From NCBI RefSeq assembly GCF_028368995.1, contig NZ_JAQNDL010000003.1:2400001-2464000 (forward strand): a stretch of DNA of 64,000 bases. The letters run 5' to 3'. This document shows positions 41,007-51,867 of the stretch, piece after piece (position 1 is the stretch's first letter; every line of letters begins with the position of its first letter). The stretch comes from Nannocystis bainbridge. Its GTDB lineage: Bacteria > Myxococcota_A > Polyangia > Nannocystales > Nannocystaceae. The translations under genes and the position numbers were made by a program. The notes below the pieces were generated by a model. The model had not been told where the DNA came from. It did no database searches and saw only the letters and a program-made list of their open reading frames with translations.

Positions 41007-42858
41007 CCCGAAGACCAGGTCGAAGGGCCGGGACGGCGCGCCGCAGGGCAGCACGTGGGCCGCGCTGCGCCGGTTCTGGCCGTACGCGCTGGCGCACAAG
41101 CGGTGGCTGTGGCTCGGCATGTGGATGATCCCGGTGGTCGCGGCGATGTCCGCCCTGCGCCCGCTGCTGGTCAAGCAGGCCGTCGACACCGACATCGCCC
41201 ACGGCGACCTGATCTCGCTGCGCGTCACCGGCATGCTGTTCCTCGCCGCGGTGATGGCCGAGTTCCTGGCCACCGCGGTCCAGGTCTACGCGCTGTCGCG
41301 GGCCGGCCACGCCACCATCACCGACCTGCGGCGCTCGATCTTCGGCCACGTGCTCAAGCTGCCGGCCCGCTTCTACGACAAGACGCCGATCGGCAACCTG
41401 CTCGCGCGCAGCACCAGCGACATCGAGGCGCTGAGCGAGACGCTCGCGTTCGGGGTGTTCACGATCCTCACCGACATCGCCGTGATCCTGTCGATCCTGG
41501 CGGCGATGTTCTTCCTCGACTGGCGGCTCACCCTGGTGTCGCTGGCCGCCGCGCCGCTGCTGTGGGTGATCGTGGTCCACTTCTCGGCCCGCCTGCGCAC
41601 GCTGCAGCTCGAGATCCGGCGCGCGCAGTCGGTCCAGAGCGGGTACCTGGCGGAGCAGCTGGCGGGCGTCACGGTGCTGCAGCTGTTCGGCCGCGAGCGG
41701 GCCGCCGTGCAGGAGTTCGAGCGGCTCGGCGACCGCTTCCTGCGCGCGGTCAAGACCGCCAACTGGTACGACGCCGGGCTCTACTCGGTGATGGACGGCG
41801 TCAGCGCGATGTGCGTGGCGCTGCTGATCTACTTCGCCGCGCCCTACCTGTTCGAGGACGTGGCCCGCAGCGGCGTGACCCTCGGCCTGCTGTTCGCGTT
41901 CATCGACTACCTGCAGCGGGTGTTCATCCCGATCCGCGAGTTCTCGGCCAAGCTCGCCACGATCCAGCGCGCGGTCGCCTCGCTCGAGCGGATCTACGGC
42001 CTCATCGACGAGCCGCCCGAGGCGCGCCTGCCCGCCGGCGCGAGCGACCCACTGCAGGGCTGGAGCGGCGGGCTGCAGGTCCGCGACCTCCGCTTCGGCT
42101 ACCGCGACGGCGGCTCCGACGTGCTCAAGGGCATCGACTTCGACATCGCCCCCGGCGAGGTCGTGGCGGTGGTCGGCCGCACCGGCTCGGGCAAGACCAG
42201 CCTCGGACGGATCTTGACCCGCACCTACGACGGCTACCGCGGCAGCGTCTCGCTGCAGGCGCCCGCGGGGTCGGTCGAGGTCCGCGACGTGGTCCCCGAC
42301 TGTCTCCGGGGACATGTCCTCATGGTCCAGCAGGACGTGTTCCTGTTCAACGACGACGTCGCGTTCAACGTCAGCCTCGGCGAGCCCGGCCTCGCCGACG
42401 AACCAGCGCGCATCGAGGCCGCGCTGCGCACGGTGCAGGCGTGGGAGTTCGTGCAGGAGCGCGGCGGGCTGTCGTTCGTGGTCGGCGAGCGCGGGCGCAA
42501 CCTGTCGGCCGGCGAGGCGCAGCTGCTGGCGTTCGCGCGAGTGGCCGCGCGCCAGCCGACGCTGCTCATCCTCGACGAGGCGACGGCGAGCGTCGACAGC
42601 ATGACCGAGCACAAGGTGCAGGCGGCGATCGAGCGGCTGCTCCGCGGGCGCAGCGTGCTGGTGATCGCGCATCGCTTGAGCACGGTGCGGCGGGCCGACA
42701 AGATCCTGGTGCTGCAAGACGGCGTGGTCGTCGAGCAGGGACCGCACGAGGTCCTGCTCGCGCGCGGCGGCGTGTACGCCGAGCTCTACCGCATGGGCTT
42801 CAAAGAGGAAGAAGACGACGGGAATAGCGGCGCGCAGCCCCCGGTTCCCGCGGCATGA
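40999..42858 (+). CDS. ABC exporter, fused permease/ATPase (heterodimer subunit 2)
   Basis: GRTGSGKT, degenerate signature LSAGE, LILDEAT, AHRL. Confidence 0.93.
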   Translation: MADPKTRSKGRDGAPQGSTWAALRRFWPYALAHKRWLWLGMWMIPVVAAMSALRPLLVKQAVDTDIAHGDLISLRVTGMLFLAAVMAEFLATAVQVYALSRAGHATITDLRRSIFGHVLKLPARFYDKTPIGNLLARSTSDIEALSETLAFGVFTILTDIAVILSILAAMFFLDWRLTLVSLAAAPLLWVIVVHFSARLRTLQLEIRRAQSVQSGYLAEQLAGVTVLQLFGRERAAVQEFERLGDRFLRAVKTANWYDAGLYSVMDGVSAMCVALLIYFAAPYLFEDVARSGVTLGLLFAFIDYLQRVFIPIREFSAKLATIQRAVASLERIYGLIDEPPEARLPAGASDPLQGWSGGLQVRDLRFGYRDGGSDVLKGIDFDIAPGEVVAVVGRTGSGKTSLGRILTRTYDGYRGSVSLQAPAGSVEVRDVVPDCLRGHVLMVQQDVFLFNDDVAFNVSLGEPGLADEPARIEAALRTVQAWEFVQERGGLSFVVGERGRNLSAGEAQLLAFARVAARQPTLLILDEATASVDSMTEHKVQAAIERLLRGRSVLVIAHRLSTVRRADKILVLQDGVVVEQGPHEVLLARGGVYAELYRMGFKEEEDDGNSGAQPPVPAA

Positions 42859-44342
42859 GCTCATCCTCGATCCGGTCCCGACGACTCCGTTCGCCGCAGG
42901 CGCTGCTCGCCTTCCTCGGCCTGACGACGATCGGCGGCGCAGCGGTCGCACTCGGGTATCACGACCAGGCCGAAGCCGCGGACGACCCGCCCGCGGCCAC
43001 CGCCGCCAGCACGCTCTGGCGCGAGGGCAGCGGCGCGCCGGTGGTCGGCGGCGAATTCGACCCCCGCCGCAGCCTGGCCCCGCTCGTCAAGGAGCTGTCG
43101 CCCGCGGTGGTCAACATCCGCGCCTATGGCAAGCGCGCGCAGCTCGACATGCAAGGCGTCGACCCGCGCATGCTGCCGTTCCTCGAGCAATTCAATATGG
43201 GCCCGGGCGCCGAGGCGCCGCCGCAGCAGGGCATCGGCTCGGGCTTCGTGCTCACGCCCGACGGCCTGGTGGTCACCAATCACCACGTGGTCAACGGCAC
43301 CGAGCGGCTCGAGGTCAAGCTGCACGACGGCCGCATGTACAAGGGCAAGGTGCTCGGCTCCGACCCGTACACCGATATCGCCCTGGTCCAGCTCGAGGGC
43401 GCGAGCGGGCTCAAGACGGCGACGCTCGGCAACAGCACCGCGCTGTCGGTCGGCGACTGGGTGATGGCGATCGGCTCGCCGATGGGCCTCGAGCAGACGG
43501 CCACCGCCGGCATCGTCTCGGCCAAGGGCCGCGGCAGCCTCGGGCTCTACGCCAACAGCTACATCGATTTCTTGCAGACCGACGCCTCGATCGCGCCCGG
43601 CAGCAGCGGCGGGCCGCTGTTCAACATGGCGGGCGAGGTGGTGGGCATCAACACGGCGGTCGGGGGGATCGGCCGCGGGCTGGGGTTCGCGGTCCCGGTC
43701 GATCAAGCAAAGACGGTGATCCCGCAGCTCAAGGCGTCCGGCAAGGTGGTGCGCGGGTGGCTGGGGATCTCCGGCCGCGAGATCGAGCCGGCCGTGGGCC
43801 GCGCGCCAGAGGCCGGCGCGGTGGTGGGGACGGTCCAGGCGGGGACGCCGGCGGCGCAGGCGGGCCTGCGCGCGGGCGACCGGGTGACCGCGATCAACGG
43901 CCGCGACGTGCTCAACTTCAGCGACCTCCGCGGCCGCGTCGCCGACACCAAACCTGGCTCTCAGGTCATCCTGTCGGTCGACCGCGGCGGCAAGCAAGTC
44001 GACCTCAAGGCGACGATCGGCAAGCTGCCGAGCGAGGACGAGCTGCAGCGCTCGGCCCGCCGCATGAACGGCGAGCCCGGCAAGCTGTTCCCCGACGGCC
44101 AGCCGCGCCTCGGGGCCCAGGTCGAGGCCAAGGACGGGCTCCTGACGGTCCGCAGCGTGATGCCCGGGTCGCTCGCCGACGAGCTCGGCCTGCGCGAGGG
44201 CGACGTGCTGCAGACGATCAACGGCCAGAAGGTGACGCAGGTCGGCGACGTCGCCGGGGCGCTGGCGAGCGACGACGGCAAGGTGGCCGTCGAGGTGAAG
44301 CGCGGCGGCTCGACCCACTCGGCGATGATCGAGCGTCGCTGA
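42855..44342 (+). CDS. HtrA/DegP-family serine protease with two PDZ domains
   Basis: GSGF, TNHHV, DIAL, QTDASIAPGSSGGP, RGWLG; ATGA overlap with the ABC gene. Confidence 0.93.
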   Translation: MSSSSIRSRRLRSPQALLAFLGLTTIGGAAVALGYHDQAEAADDPPAATAASTLWREGSGAPVVGGEFDPRRSLAPLVKELSPAVVNIRAYGKRAQLDMQGVDPRMLPFLEQFNMGPGAEAPPQQGIGSGFVLTPDGLVVTNHHVVNGTERLEVKLHDGRMYKGKVLGSDPYTDIALVQLEGASGLKTATLGNSTALSVGDWVMAIGSPMGLEQTATAGIVSAKGRGSLGLYANSYIDFLQTDASIAPGSSGGPLFNMAGEVVGINTAVGGIGRGLGFAVPVDQAKTVIPQLKASGKVVRGWLGISGREIEPAVGRAPEAGAVVGTVQAGTPAAQAGLRAGDRVTAINGRDVLNFSDLRGRVADTKPGSQVILSVDRGGKQVDLKATIGKLPSEDELQRSARRMNGEPGKLFPDGQPRLGAQVEAKDGLLTVRSVMPGSLADELGLREGDVLQTINGQKVTQVGDVAGALASDDGKVAVEVKRGGSTHSAMIERR

Positions 44343-44445
44343 GCGCGATGCGCTCGACGCAGAGCCCGGACGCCGCCCACGCGGCGCCCGGGCTCTCGCG
44401 CGCGCCGAGGACGTGCTCGATGGTTACGGAGACGTGCGGGACCGC

Positions 44446-44543
44446 CGTCTGTCTCGACATGTCGATGTGGATATGTCCATGACGACATGTCCAATTCGAC
44501 ATGTTTTTAAAGACATTTCCCGAGGGGCATGTCCGAAGGGACT
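44446..44543. repeat. Tandem array of seven 14-bp palindromic units
   Basis: CATG-like junctions at 44458, 44472, 44486, 44500, 44514 and 44528; e.g. tgtccatgacgaca, tgtccaattcgaca, tgtttttaaagaca; convergent junction. Confidence 0.9.
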
Positions 44544-44611
44544 GCCCCGTCTCGCGAAGAGACGAGCGCCCGCGCCGCTCGGCGCGCTGCGCTCGTCCCC
44601 AGCCCGGCGGC

Positions 44612-45544
44612 CTACAGGTGCTCGGCGAGCCAGCGCTCGGCGTCGATCGCCGCCATGCAGCCGGTGCCGGCCGCGCTGACCGCCTGGCGGTAGACCTTGT
44701 CGGCCACGTCGCCGCAGGCGAACACCCCGGGGATGTTGGTCGCGGTCGAGCCGGGGCGGACCTTGAGGTAGCCGGTCTCGTCCATGTCGAGCATGCCCTT
44801 GAAGATGTCGCTGTTGGGCTGGTGGCCGATGGCGAGGAACAGGCCCGTCACTGCCAGCTCGCGGGCGCCCCCGGTCACCGAGTCGCGCAGGGCCAGGCCG
44901 ACCACCCGGTCGCCGCCGAGCACGTCGTCGACCTCGGTGTTGTAGTGCACCGTGATCTTCGGGTTCTCGATCGCGCGGGTCTGCATGATCTTGCTGGCGC
45001 GGAACGTGTCGCGCCGGTGGATCAGGTGGACGTTGCGGCACATGCGGGTGAGGAACGTGGCCTCCTCCATCGCCGTGTCGCCGCCGCCGATCACCGCCAC
45101 GTCCTGGTTGCGGTAGAACGCCCCGTCGCAGGTCGCGCAGGCCGTCACGCCGCCGCCCGACATGCGCAGCCGCTGCTCGTTGGGCAGGCCGAGCCACTTG
45201 GCCGACGCGCCGGTGGCGATGATGAGCGCGTCGCCGTGATAGGTGTCGGCCTCGCCCTCGACCACGAAGGGCCGGCGCGACAGGTCGACGCGCATGCCCA
45301 TGTCGTAGTGGAGCTGGGTGCCGAAGCGCTCGGCCTGCTGGCGGAACTCCTCCATCATGTCGGGGCCGGTGATGCCCTTGGGGAAGCCCGGATAGTTCTC
45401 GACCTCGGTAGTCGTGGTGAGCTGGCCGCCCGGCTCGGGGCCGGCGATCATCACGGGCTCCAGGCTCGCGCGCGCGGCGTAGATCGCGGCGGTGTAGCCC
45501 GCGGGGCCCGAACCGAGGATGAGGACTCTGCTGTGCGTCGGCAT
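44612..45544 (-). CDS. trxB: Thioredoxin-disulfide reductase
   Basis: GSGPAG, GGQLTTTTEVENYPG, CATCDG, GGGDTAMEEA, HRR, YRQAVSAAGTG. Confidence 0.97.
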   Translation of the reverse strand: MPTHSRVLILGSGPAGYTAAIYAARASLEPVMIAGPEPGGQLTTTTEVENYPGFPKGITGPDMMEEFRQQAERFGTQLHYDMGMRVDLSRRPFVVEGEADTYHGDALIIATGASAKWLGLPNEQRLRMSGGGVTACATCDGAFYRNQDVAVIGGGDTAMEEATFLTRMCRNVHLIHRRDTFRASKIMQTRAIENPKITVHYNTEVDDVLGGDRVVGLALRDSVTGGARELAVTGLFLAIGHQPNSDIFKGMLDMDETGYLKVRPGSTATNIPGVFACGDVADKVYRQAVSAAGTGCMAAIDAERWLAEHL

Positions 45545-45841
45545 GAGGCTGGAGGATAGCTGCTCCCGCCAGGCCGCATGACGGGGCCCCGGCCCGCCCG
45601 GCCCCTGAGGGACATCACGCCCGCCGCGCGCGCGAGCCCGTGGACGTGGTTTCACCGCGACGCAGGCCCGAGCCGCGGGGGCGATCGCCGCGACTCACCG
45701 CCGGCGCCGCCACCTCCGGCCATGACGCGGCGGATGTCCTCCCGCGAGCCGTGACATGGCCCGAAGGACATGTCCCGCCCCCGGCGGCCCTTGACGGCGC
45801 GCTCGATGGGGCCAGCGGGCCGCAGAACCATGGCCCGCGGC

Positions 45842-46021
45842 TCACTGGGCCCGCTCGACGGTGACCAGCGGCGAGCCGTCGCGGCGGCGGCGGATCAGCA
45901 TGCGCCACGGACGGCAGCAGACCTCGCAGTCCTCGATCAGCTCACCGCGGGTCCCGGGGTCGACCACGATCTCGACCACCTGGAAGCAGTAGGGGCACTG
46001 GACCTGGGCGATGTCGTCCAT
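45842..46021 (-). CDS. CPXCG-motif cysteine-rich small protein (59 aa)
   Basis: Below the ORF-track cutoff; MDDIAQVQCPYCFQVVEIVVDPGTRGELIEDCEVCCRPW... Confidence 0.85.
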   Translation of the reverse strand: MDDIAQVQCPYCFQVVEIVVDPGTRGELIEDCEVCCRPWRMLIRRRRDGSPLVTVERAQ

Positions 46022-46096
46022 GCTCGTCGCATAGCACGGGCGGCCCGGCCTGACCGGTCCGGGCGCTTGGCGGGTGCTCTGCTATGCTGGCGCGCG

Positions 46097-46525
46097 ATGT
46101 CCATCCGCGATCAGGCGAAAGACTGGGCCAAGCAGCAGACCGACCAGATCCGCAGCGACCCGAGGGGGTGGGCCAAGGCCCAGGGTGAGCGCTTCAAGCA
46201 GATGGTCGACGTGGCGCCGTTCAGCGACGCGGCGCTCGAGCGCGAGCTCCGGTCCCTGCGCGAGCGCTCGGCCCGCCTGAGCCAGCTCGACGGCGACGAG
46301 CGGCAGAAGCTGGCCGACGAGCTGCTGGCCCTCCACGAGCGCCTCACCGCCGGCGGCGCGCTCATCAGCGGCGCCAAGATCGGCCTCGCCGCCTCGGTCC
46401 TGCCGGTCGTCGGCATGATCACCGGCCCGGTCCTCGGCAGCGCCTACGGCGTGTACCGCTCGCAGCGCCTCGGCGAGGTCCGCGAGGAGGTGCAGGCGAT
46501 GCTGCGCAAGCTCGCTCGCGGCTGA
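46097..46525 (+). CDS. Hypothetical helical protein with C-terminal Gly-rich hydrophobic hairpin
   Basis: 142-aa ORF with GC-rich third positions; GAKIGLAASVLPVVGMITGPVLGSAYG. Confidence 0.75.
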   Translation: MSIRDQAKDWAKQQTDQIRSDPRGWAKAQGERFKQMVDVAPFSDAALERELRSLRERSARLSQLDGDERQKLADELLALHERLTAGGALISGAKIGLAASVLPVVGMITGPVLGSAYGVYRSQRLGEVREEVQAMLRKLARG

Positions 46526-46615
46526 GCCCGCTCGCGGGAGCGCGTGAGCCGCGGGCGCGTGCCCTGAGCGACGCCGTCGCGTATGCGTGACCGGATCTGC
46601 GGGCGAGCGCCGGCC

Positions 46616-46767
46616 CGACGAACCTTGCGACGTGTCGCGTCGCAAGGTTCGTCGCGACGTGCGAGCGCCGGCCGACGAGCGCGAGCGCCGGCGACCTGTC
46701 GCGTCGCGAGGTTCATTGCGGCGTCCGAGCGCCGGACCGAGGAGCGCGAGCGCCGGCTACGTGTCGC
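46616..46767. repeat. 17-bp perfect hairpin plus degenerate ~64-bp tandem repeat
   Basis: cgacgaaccttgcgacg-tgtcg-cgtcgcaaggttcgtcg (46616-46654); repeat units start at 46633, 46697 and 46762. Confidence 0.75.
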
Positions 46768-46810
46768 ACCGTGACGTCGTCGCGGCGCCTGGACCGGCCC
46801 CGCGTCATCA

Positions 46811-46911
46811 TGTCTCTTCGGACAGCCGCGTTCGAGCCCCGGCAGGTCCCCCCGACATGTCTCATGGGCCATCTTTATGAACATGTCTCTTCGGACATGT
46901 CCTTCGTGCAA
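46811..46911. repeat. Cluster of 14-bp palindromic units upstream of the response regulator
   Basis: tgtctcttcggaca (46811, 46884), tgtctcatgggcca (46858), tgtccttcgtgcaa (46898). Confidence 0.8.
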
Positions 46912-47047
46912 GGTCCACATGCCAGAGCTATTCTTTTAAAAGGGGAAGTCTCTTGGGACAGCTTCTTGCTTGACCTCATGAACTCGCCTTCATGCGGACG
47001 GCGGCCTGCGGTCACCGGGGTGGACCGCGCGTGCTAGGGTTTGGTGC

Positions 47048-47701
47048 GTGGAACCGAAGCAGGTTGTTCGGGTGTTGCTGGCGGACGATCACGCGATTGT
47101 CCGGGAGGGGGTCCGCATGCTGCTCGCTGACCAGCCTGGCATCGAGGTCGTGGGCGAGGTCGCCGACGGTCGCGCGGCGGTCGCCGCGGTCGGGCAGCTC
47201 CGACCCGATGTCGTCGTCATGGACCTCGGCATGCCGGAGTTGAACGGCGTCGAGGCGACCCGGGCGATCTGCCGCGATTTTCCTGGCACCCAGGTCCTCG
47301 TGCTCTCGATGTACGCTGGCGAGGAGTACGTGCGCCCGGCGATCCGCGCCGGCGCCAGCGGCTATCTTTTGAAGGGGTCGGGCTTCACCGAGCTGCTCGC
47401 TGCGATCGCGGCCGTGGCGCGCGGCGGCGCCTTCTTCAGCCCGGCGATCGCCAAGCTCGTGCTCGTCGACTCGCGCCGGCGCGAGGACCATCCTGCCGAC
47501 GCCCTCACCCAGCGCGAGTGCGAGATCCTCCGGCTCGTCGTTCAGGGCCAGTCGAGCAACCAGATCGCCCGTGACCTCGGTCTCAGCATGAAGACCGTCG
47601 AGGGCCACCGCGGGCGGATCATGGCCAAGCTCGACGTGCACCACCTCGCCGGCCTGGTGCGCTACGCCGTGCGGGCCGGCATCGTCTCGCCGGATCCGTG
47701 A
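47048..47701 (+). CDS. NarL/LuxR-family response regulator (no cognate kinase in window)
   Basis: ADDHAIVREG, MDLGMPELNG, GYLLK, LTQRE...KTVEGHR. Confidence 0.95.
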   Translation: MEPKQVVRVLLADDHAIVREGVRMLLADQPGIEVVGEVADGRAAVAAVGQLRPDVVVMDLGMPELNGVEATRAICRDFPGTQVLVLSMYAGEEYVRPAIRAGASGYLLKGSGFTELLAAIAAVARGGAFFSPAIAKLVLVDSRRREDHPADALTQRECEILRLVVQGQSSNQIARDLGLSMKTVEGHRGRIMAKLDVHHLAGLVRYAVRAGIVSPDP

Positions 47702-47785
47702 GCGGCGGCGTTTCTATTTTTATTAAAGCTGCGTTACCTGGGGGGCGCCAGCGCGCCAGCGCGCCGGGCGCAGATCGCTGGACCA

Positions 47786-47855
47786 TGTTCTTTCAGACAT
47801 GCCCTCGCGGACATGCTCCATCGGACATGCCCTCACAGACATGTCCGAATCGCCA
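47786..47855. repeat. Tandem array of five 14-bp palindromic units
   Basis: tgttctttcagaca / tgccctcgcggaca / tgctccatcggaca / tgccctcacagaca / tgtccgaatcgcca; convergent junction. Confidence 0.9.
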
Positions 47856-47860
47856 CCCGC

Positions 47861-50458
47861 TCACAGCCCGAACATGTGCTGCAGCTTGAGGAACAGGATG
47901 TCCTCGTTGGCGACCCCCGGGGTGACCAGGTTGCTGAAGCCGCCGATCGGTCGGTAGCTGAAGCGGGGGCTGAAGTCGGTCAGCACGGTGCGGTGGGTGT
48001 AGACGAAGAACAGGAAGCTGCCGGGGCGGTACTCCCAGCGGAGGATCGAGTTGGAGATGAAGCTCGTGAGGCCCTGGTCGACCTCGCCGACGTAGGGCGC
48101 CGGGTTGACCGGCACGAGCACGTCGGGGCGCTGGAGCACGAAGAAATCGGTGTGGCGGGCCGACAGGAAGTACAGCTGATTGAAGGTCTGCAGCGTCAGG
48201 TTGGGCAGGATGCCGAGGGTGCCGCGCAGCACGCCGATGTACTGGGTCACGTAAGCGCGGCCGAACACGGCCTCGTCGAGCTCGTTGGTGGTGGTCCAGC
48301 GCGGGCGGCCGAAGCTGAGGTTGAGGTCGCCGCGCAGCGTCAGCTCGAGCCGCGGCACCGGCCGGAGGCGCAGCTCGACCCCGTAGTCGGGGCCTGGGCG
48401 GCCGTTCTGCTCGCCGTAGGCCCAGTTGAACACGCCGACGACCTTCTTGTTGTCGGGGCTCCAGTAGGTGCCGCCGATCCACCAGTGGAACGGCACCAGG
48501 TACGGGATCCCGCCGCGCGTCTCGTACAGGTCGTACTGCGGCAGGTGGCCGCCGGCGTTCATCGAGGTGCCCCACAGCTTGAGCGTGGTGAGGTTGAGGT
48601 CGAGGTGGAGCTGCTTCTGCAGCAGGTAGCCCTGGTACGACGACGCCACCTGCGTCGACACCGTCGCCGCCATACGGCGGATGTTGCCGACCGGCTGGGC
48701 GTTGAACACACCGACGTTGGCCTTGCCGTCGATGAAGTTGTTGAAGCGCATGTAGCCGAGGTCGTTGAAGTCGGCGTGCGGCGTGAGGGTCTCGAAGGCC
48801 GCCCCCATCGACAGGTTCTTGCTGGTGCGGTTGATGTCGGCCACCGCGCCCATGCCCTCGCGGCGGCCGTTGTGCGTGCCGATGATCTGGGCCGAGTGGC
48901 GCCAGCGCTCGCGGAAGCGGATCCGGTAGTCGATGCCGCCGGTGAACGCCGACGGCTCGCCGCCGCCGCGCACCACCCCGGTCACGAGCGCGCCGATGCT
49001 GGTCTGGCCGTCGAACTCGCGGCGCACGCGGACCACCGAGTACTGGCTGATCGGGTCGACGGTGACGCGGCGCTCGAGGCCGTCGGAGAAGCGCTCGACG
49101 CCGAAGCTGGCGCCGGTGTTGGCCGTCAGCACGCCGAGGCTCCAGCCCGGCTTGACCTGGCCGGTGACGCGCAGGGCCCCGAAGATGCGGGTCAGCGGAT
49201 CGAGCGCGACGACCTCGCCCGTCTCCTCGCCGCGCGGGGTCTGGTCGGCCAGCCCGGCCCGCGGGATGCGCCCCACTCGGCGCGAGTAGAACAGCTGGAA
49301 CCGCGTCTCGAAGATCTCCTTGGACTCGAGGAAGAACGTGCGCCGCTCGGGGAAGTAGACCTCGAACGGCCCGAGGTTCAGCACCGCCGGGTCGACCTCG
49401 GCCTGGCCGAAGTCGGGGTTGACCGCGAGGTCGAGCGTCAGGTTGCCGCGCAGGCCGTACTTGAGGTCGAAGCCGCCGTTGGGCAGCAGCGGGAACGAGC
49501 GGTCGAGGCTGTCGTCGCCGCGCCGCGGCACGCCGCGCAGCGAGAAGAACGGCCGCAGCTCGAGGTTGAGGCCCGGCTGGATGTCCTTGACCCCGGTGTA
49601 GTCGAGCGCCCAGCTGATGCGGCCCGGCAGGCCCTGCGGCGTGGGCGACAGGATCTGGGTCTCGCCGTCGTGGTTGATCCACCGGCCGACGTTGACGCCG
49701 AAGGTGTACTCGTCGCGCGCGGTGAAGCGGATCGTCGACCACGGGATGAACATCTCGGCCGACCAACCGGTGTCGGTCAGCCTGGCCGCGCCCTTCCACA
49801 CCCCATCCCACAAAAACTCCTCGGAGTCGTCGCGAAACAGCTGCGAGTCCTCCTGCGAGCCGGAGGCGTTGAGCGCGAACGAGTAGCCGGTGGTGTCGTT
49901 GTTGTTGGGGTCGAGCTCGAGCCAGACGATGTCGCTGGGGCCGAGCTGGTCCTTGCGAAACACGCCGGCGCGCACGTGCTTCGGGTCGTCCTGGCAGTCG
50001 AAGGCGACGTAGATGCCCTTGCTGCCGTAGGCGATCCGCACCCGCGTCTCGTGGGTCGGCGCGTAGCCGTAGCGCGGCTCGAACTGGACCAGGTCGGGCA
50101 GCAGCGGCACCGCCAGCCAGGCCGGCTCGCTGGTCCGGCCGTCGATGTCGATCGCGCCGTCGTCGATGCGCGTCGACCTCAGCTTGAAGTCCCGCACCCG
50201 CGCCTTGCCGACGATCGGCCGCAGCGGCGGGGCGCTGGTCGGCCGGACCCAAAGTGGCGCTTGGGACATGTCCTGAACGCCAGCTCGCGGCGACGGCGGG
50301 GTCGGCAGCGGCGCGCTCGCCCCGGGCGCCAGCTTGTCGACGGCGGGCCCGGCCGCGGGCGCGGGCGCGGCGGCGCCTGCGGCCGGCACCGGGCCGACGA
50401 CGCGTGCAGACAGACCCCACGCGACCAGGACCCAGACAGGCAGGAGCTGCGCGAGCAC
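47861..50458 (-). CDS. DUF5916-like outer-membrane protein with N-terminal CBM9-like domain
   Basis: IDGRTSEPAW, WSAEMFIPW, NPDFGQAEVD, ERRTFFLE, LFYSRRVG, LRWEYRPGS. Confidence 0.82.
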   Translation of the reverse strand: MLAQLLPVWVLVAWGLSARVVGPVPAAGAAAPAPAAGPAVDKLAPGASAPLPTPPSPRAGVQDMSQAPLWVRPTSAPPLRPIVGKARVRDFKLRSTRIDDGAIDIDGRTSEPAWLAVPLLPDLVQFEPRYGYAPTHETRVRIAYGSKGIYVAFDCQDDPKHVRAGVFRKDQLGPSDIVWLELDPNNNDTTGYSFALNASGSQEDSQLFRDDSEEFLWDGVWKGAARLTDTGWSAEMFIPWSTIRFTARDEYTFGVNVGRWINHDGETQILSPTPQGLPGRISWALDYTGVKDIQPGLNLELRPFFSLRGVPRRGDDSLDRSFPLLPNGGFDLKYGLRGNLTLDLAVNPDFGQAEVDPAVLNLGPFEVYFPERRTFFLESKEIFETRFQLFYSRRVGRIPRAGLADQTPRGEETGEVVALDPLTRIFGALRVTGQVKPGWSLGVLTANTGASFGVERFSDGLERRVTVDPISQYSVVRVRREFDGQTSIGALVTGVVRGGGEPSAFTGGIDYRIRFRERWRHSAQIIGTHNGRREGMGAVADINRTSKNLSMGAAFETLTPHADFNDLGYMRFNNFIDGKANVGVFNAQPVGNIRRMAATVSTQVASSYQGYLLQKQLHLDLNLTTLKLWGTSMNAGGHLPQYDLYETRGGIPYLVPFHWWIGGTYWSPDNKKVVGVFNWAYGEQNGRPGPDYGVELRLRPVPRLELTLRGDLNLSFGRPRWTTTNELDEAVFGRAYVTQYIGVLRGTLGILPNLTLQTFNQLYFLSARHTDFFVLQRPDVLVPVNPAPYVGEVDQGLTSFISNSILRWEYRPGSFLFFVYTHRTVLTDFSPRFSYRPIGGFSNLVTPGVANEDILFLKLQHMFGL

Positions 50459-50604
50459 GTCGAGATCCCAGAGAGGCCGCGTACAGGGTTACGGCCGGCG
50501 GTGCATGTATACCGCGTCCTGCGCGCGAATTGGGTGAGGATCCACACCGGAGCCGCGAACGGGCCGGTCGGTCGCACACACCGACGCGCGTGTACACCCG
50601 AACC

Positions 50605-51771
<1,167 letters not shown>

Positions 51772-51773
51772 GC

Positions 51774-51848
51774 TGACCTTCGGGACATGCCCTCCGGGGC
51801 ATGTCCCTCCCGACATGTAAAAAGGGACATGCTCCGCAGAGCATGTCC
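51774..51848. repeat. Tandem array of five and a half 14-bp palindromic units
   Basis: tgaccttcgggaca / tgccctccggggca / tgtccctcccgaca / tgtaaaaagggaca / tgctccgcagagca / tgtcc; convergent junction. Confidence 0.9.
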
Positions 51849-51867
51849 CTTTTTCTTTAGCCCGCCG

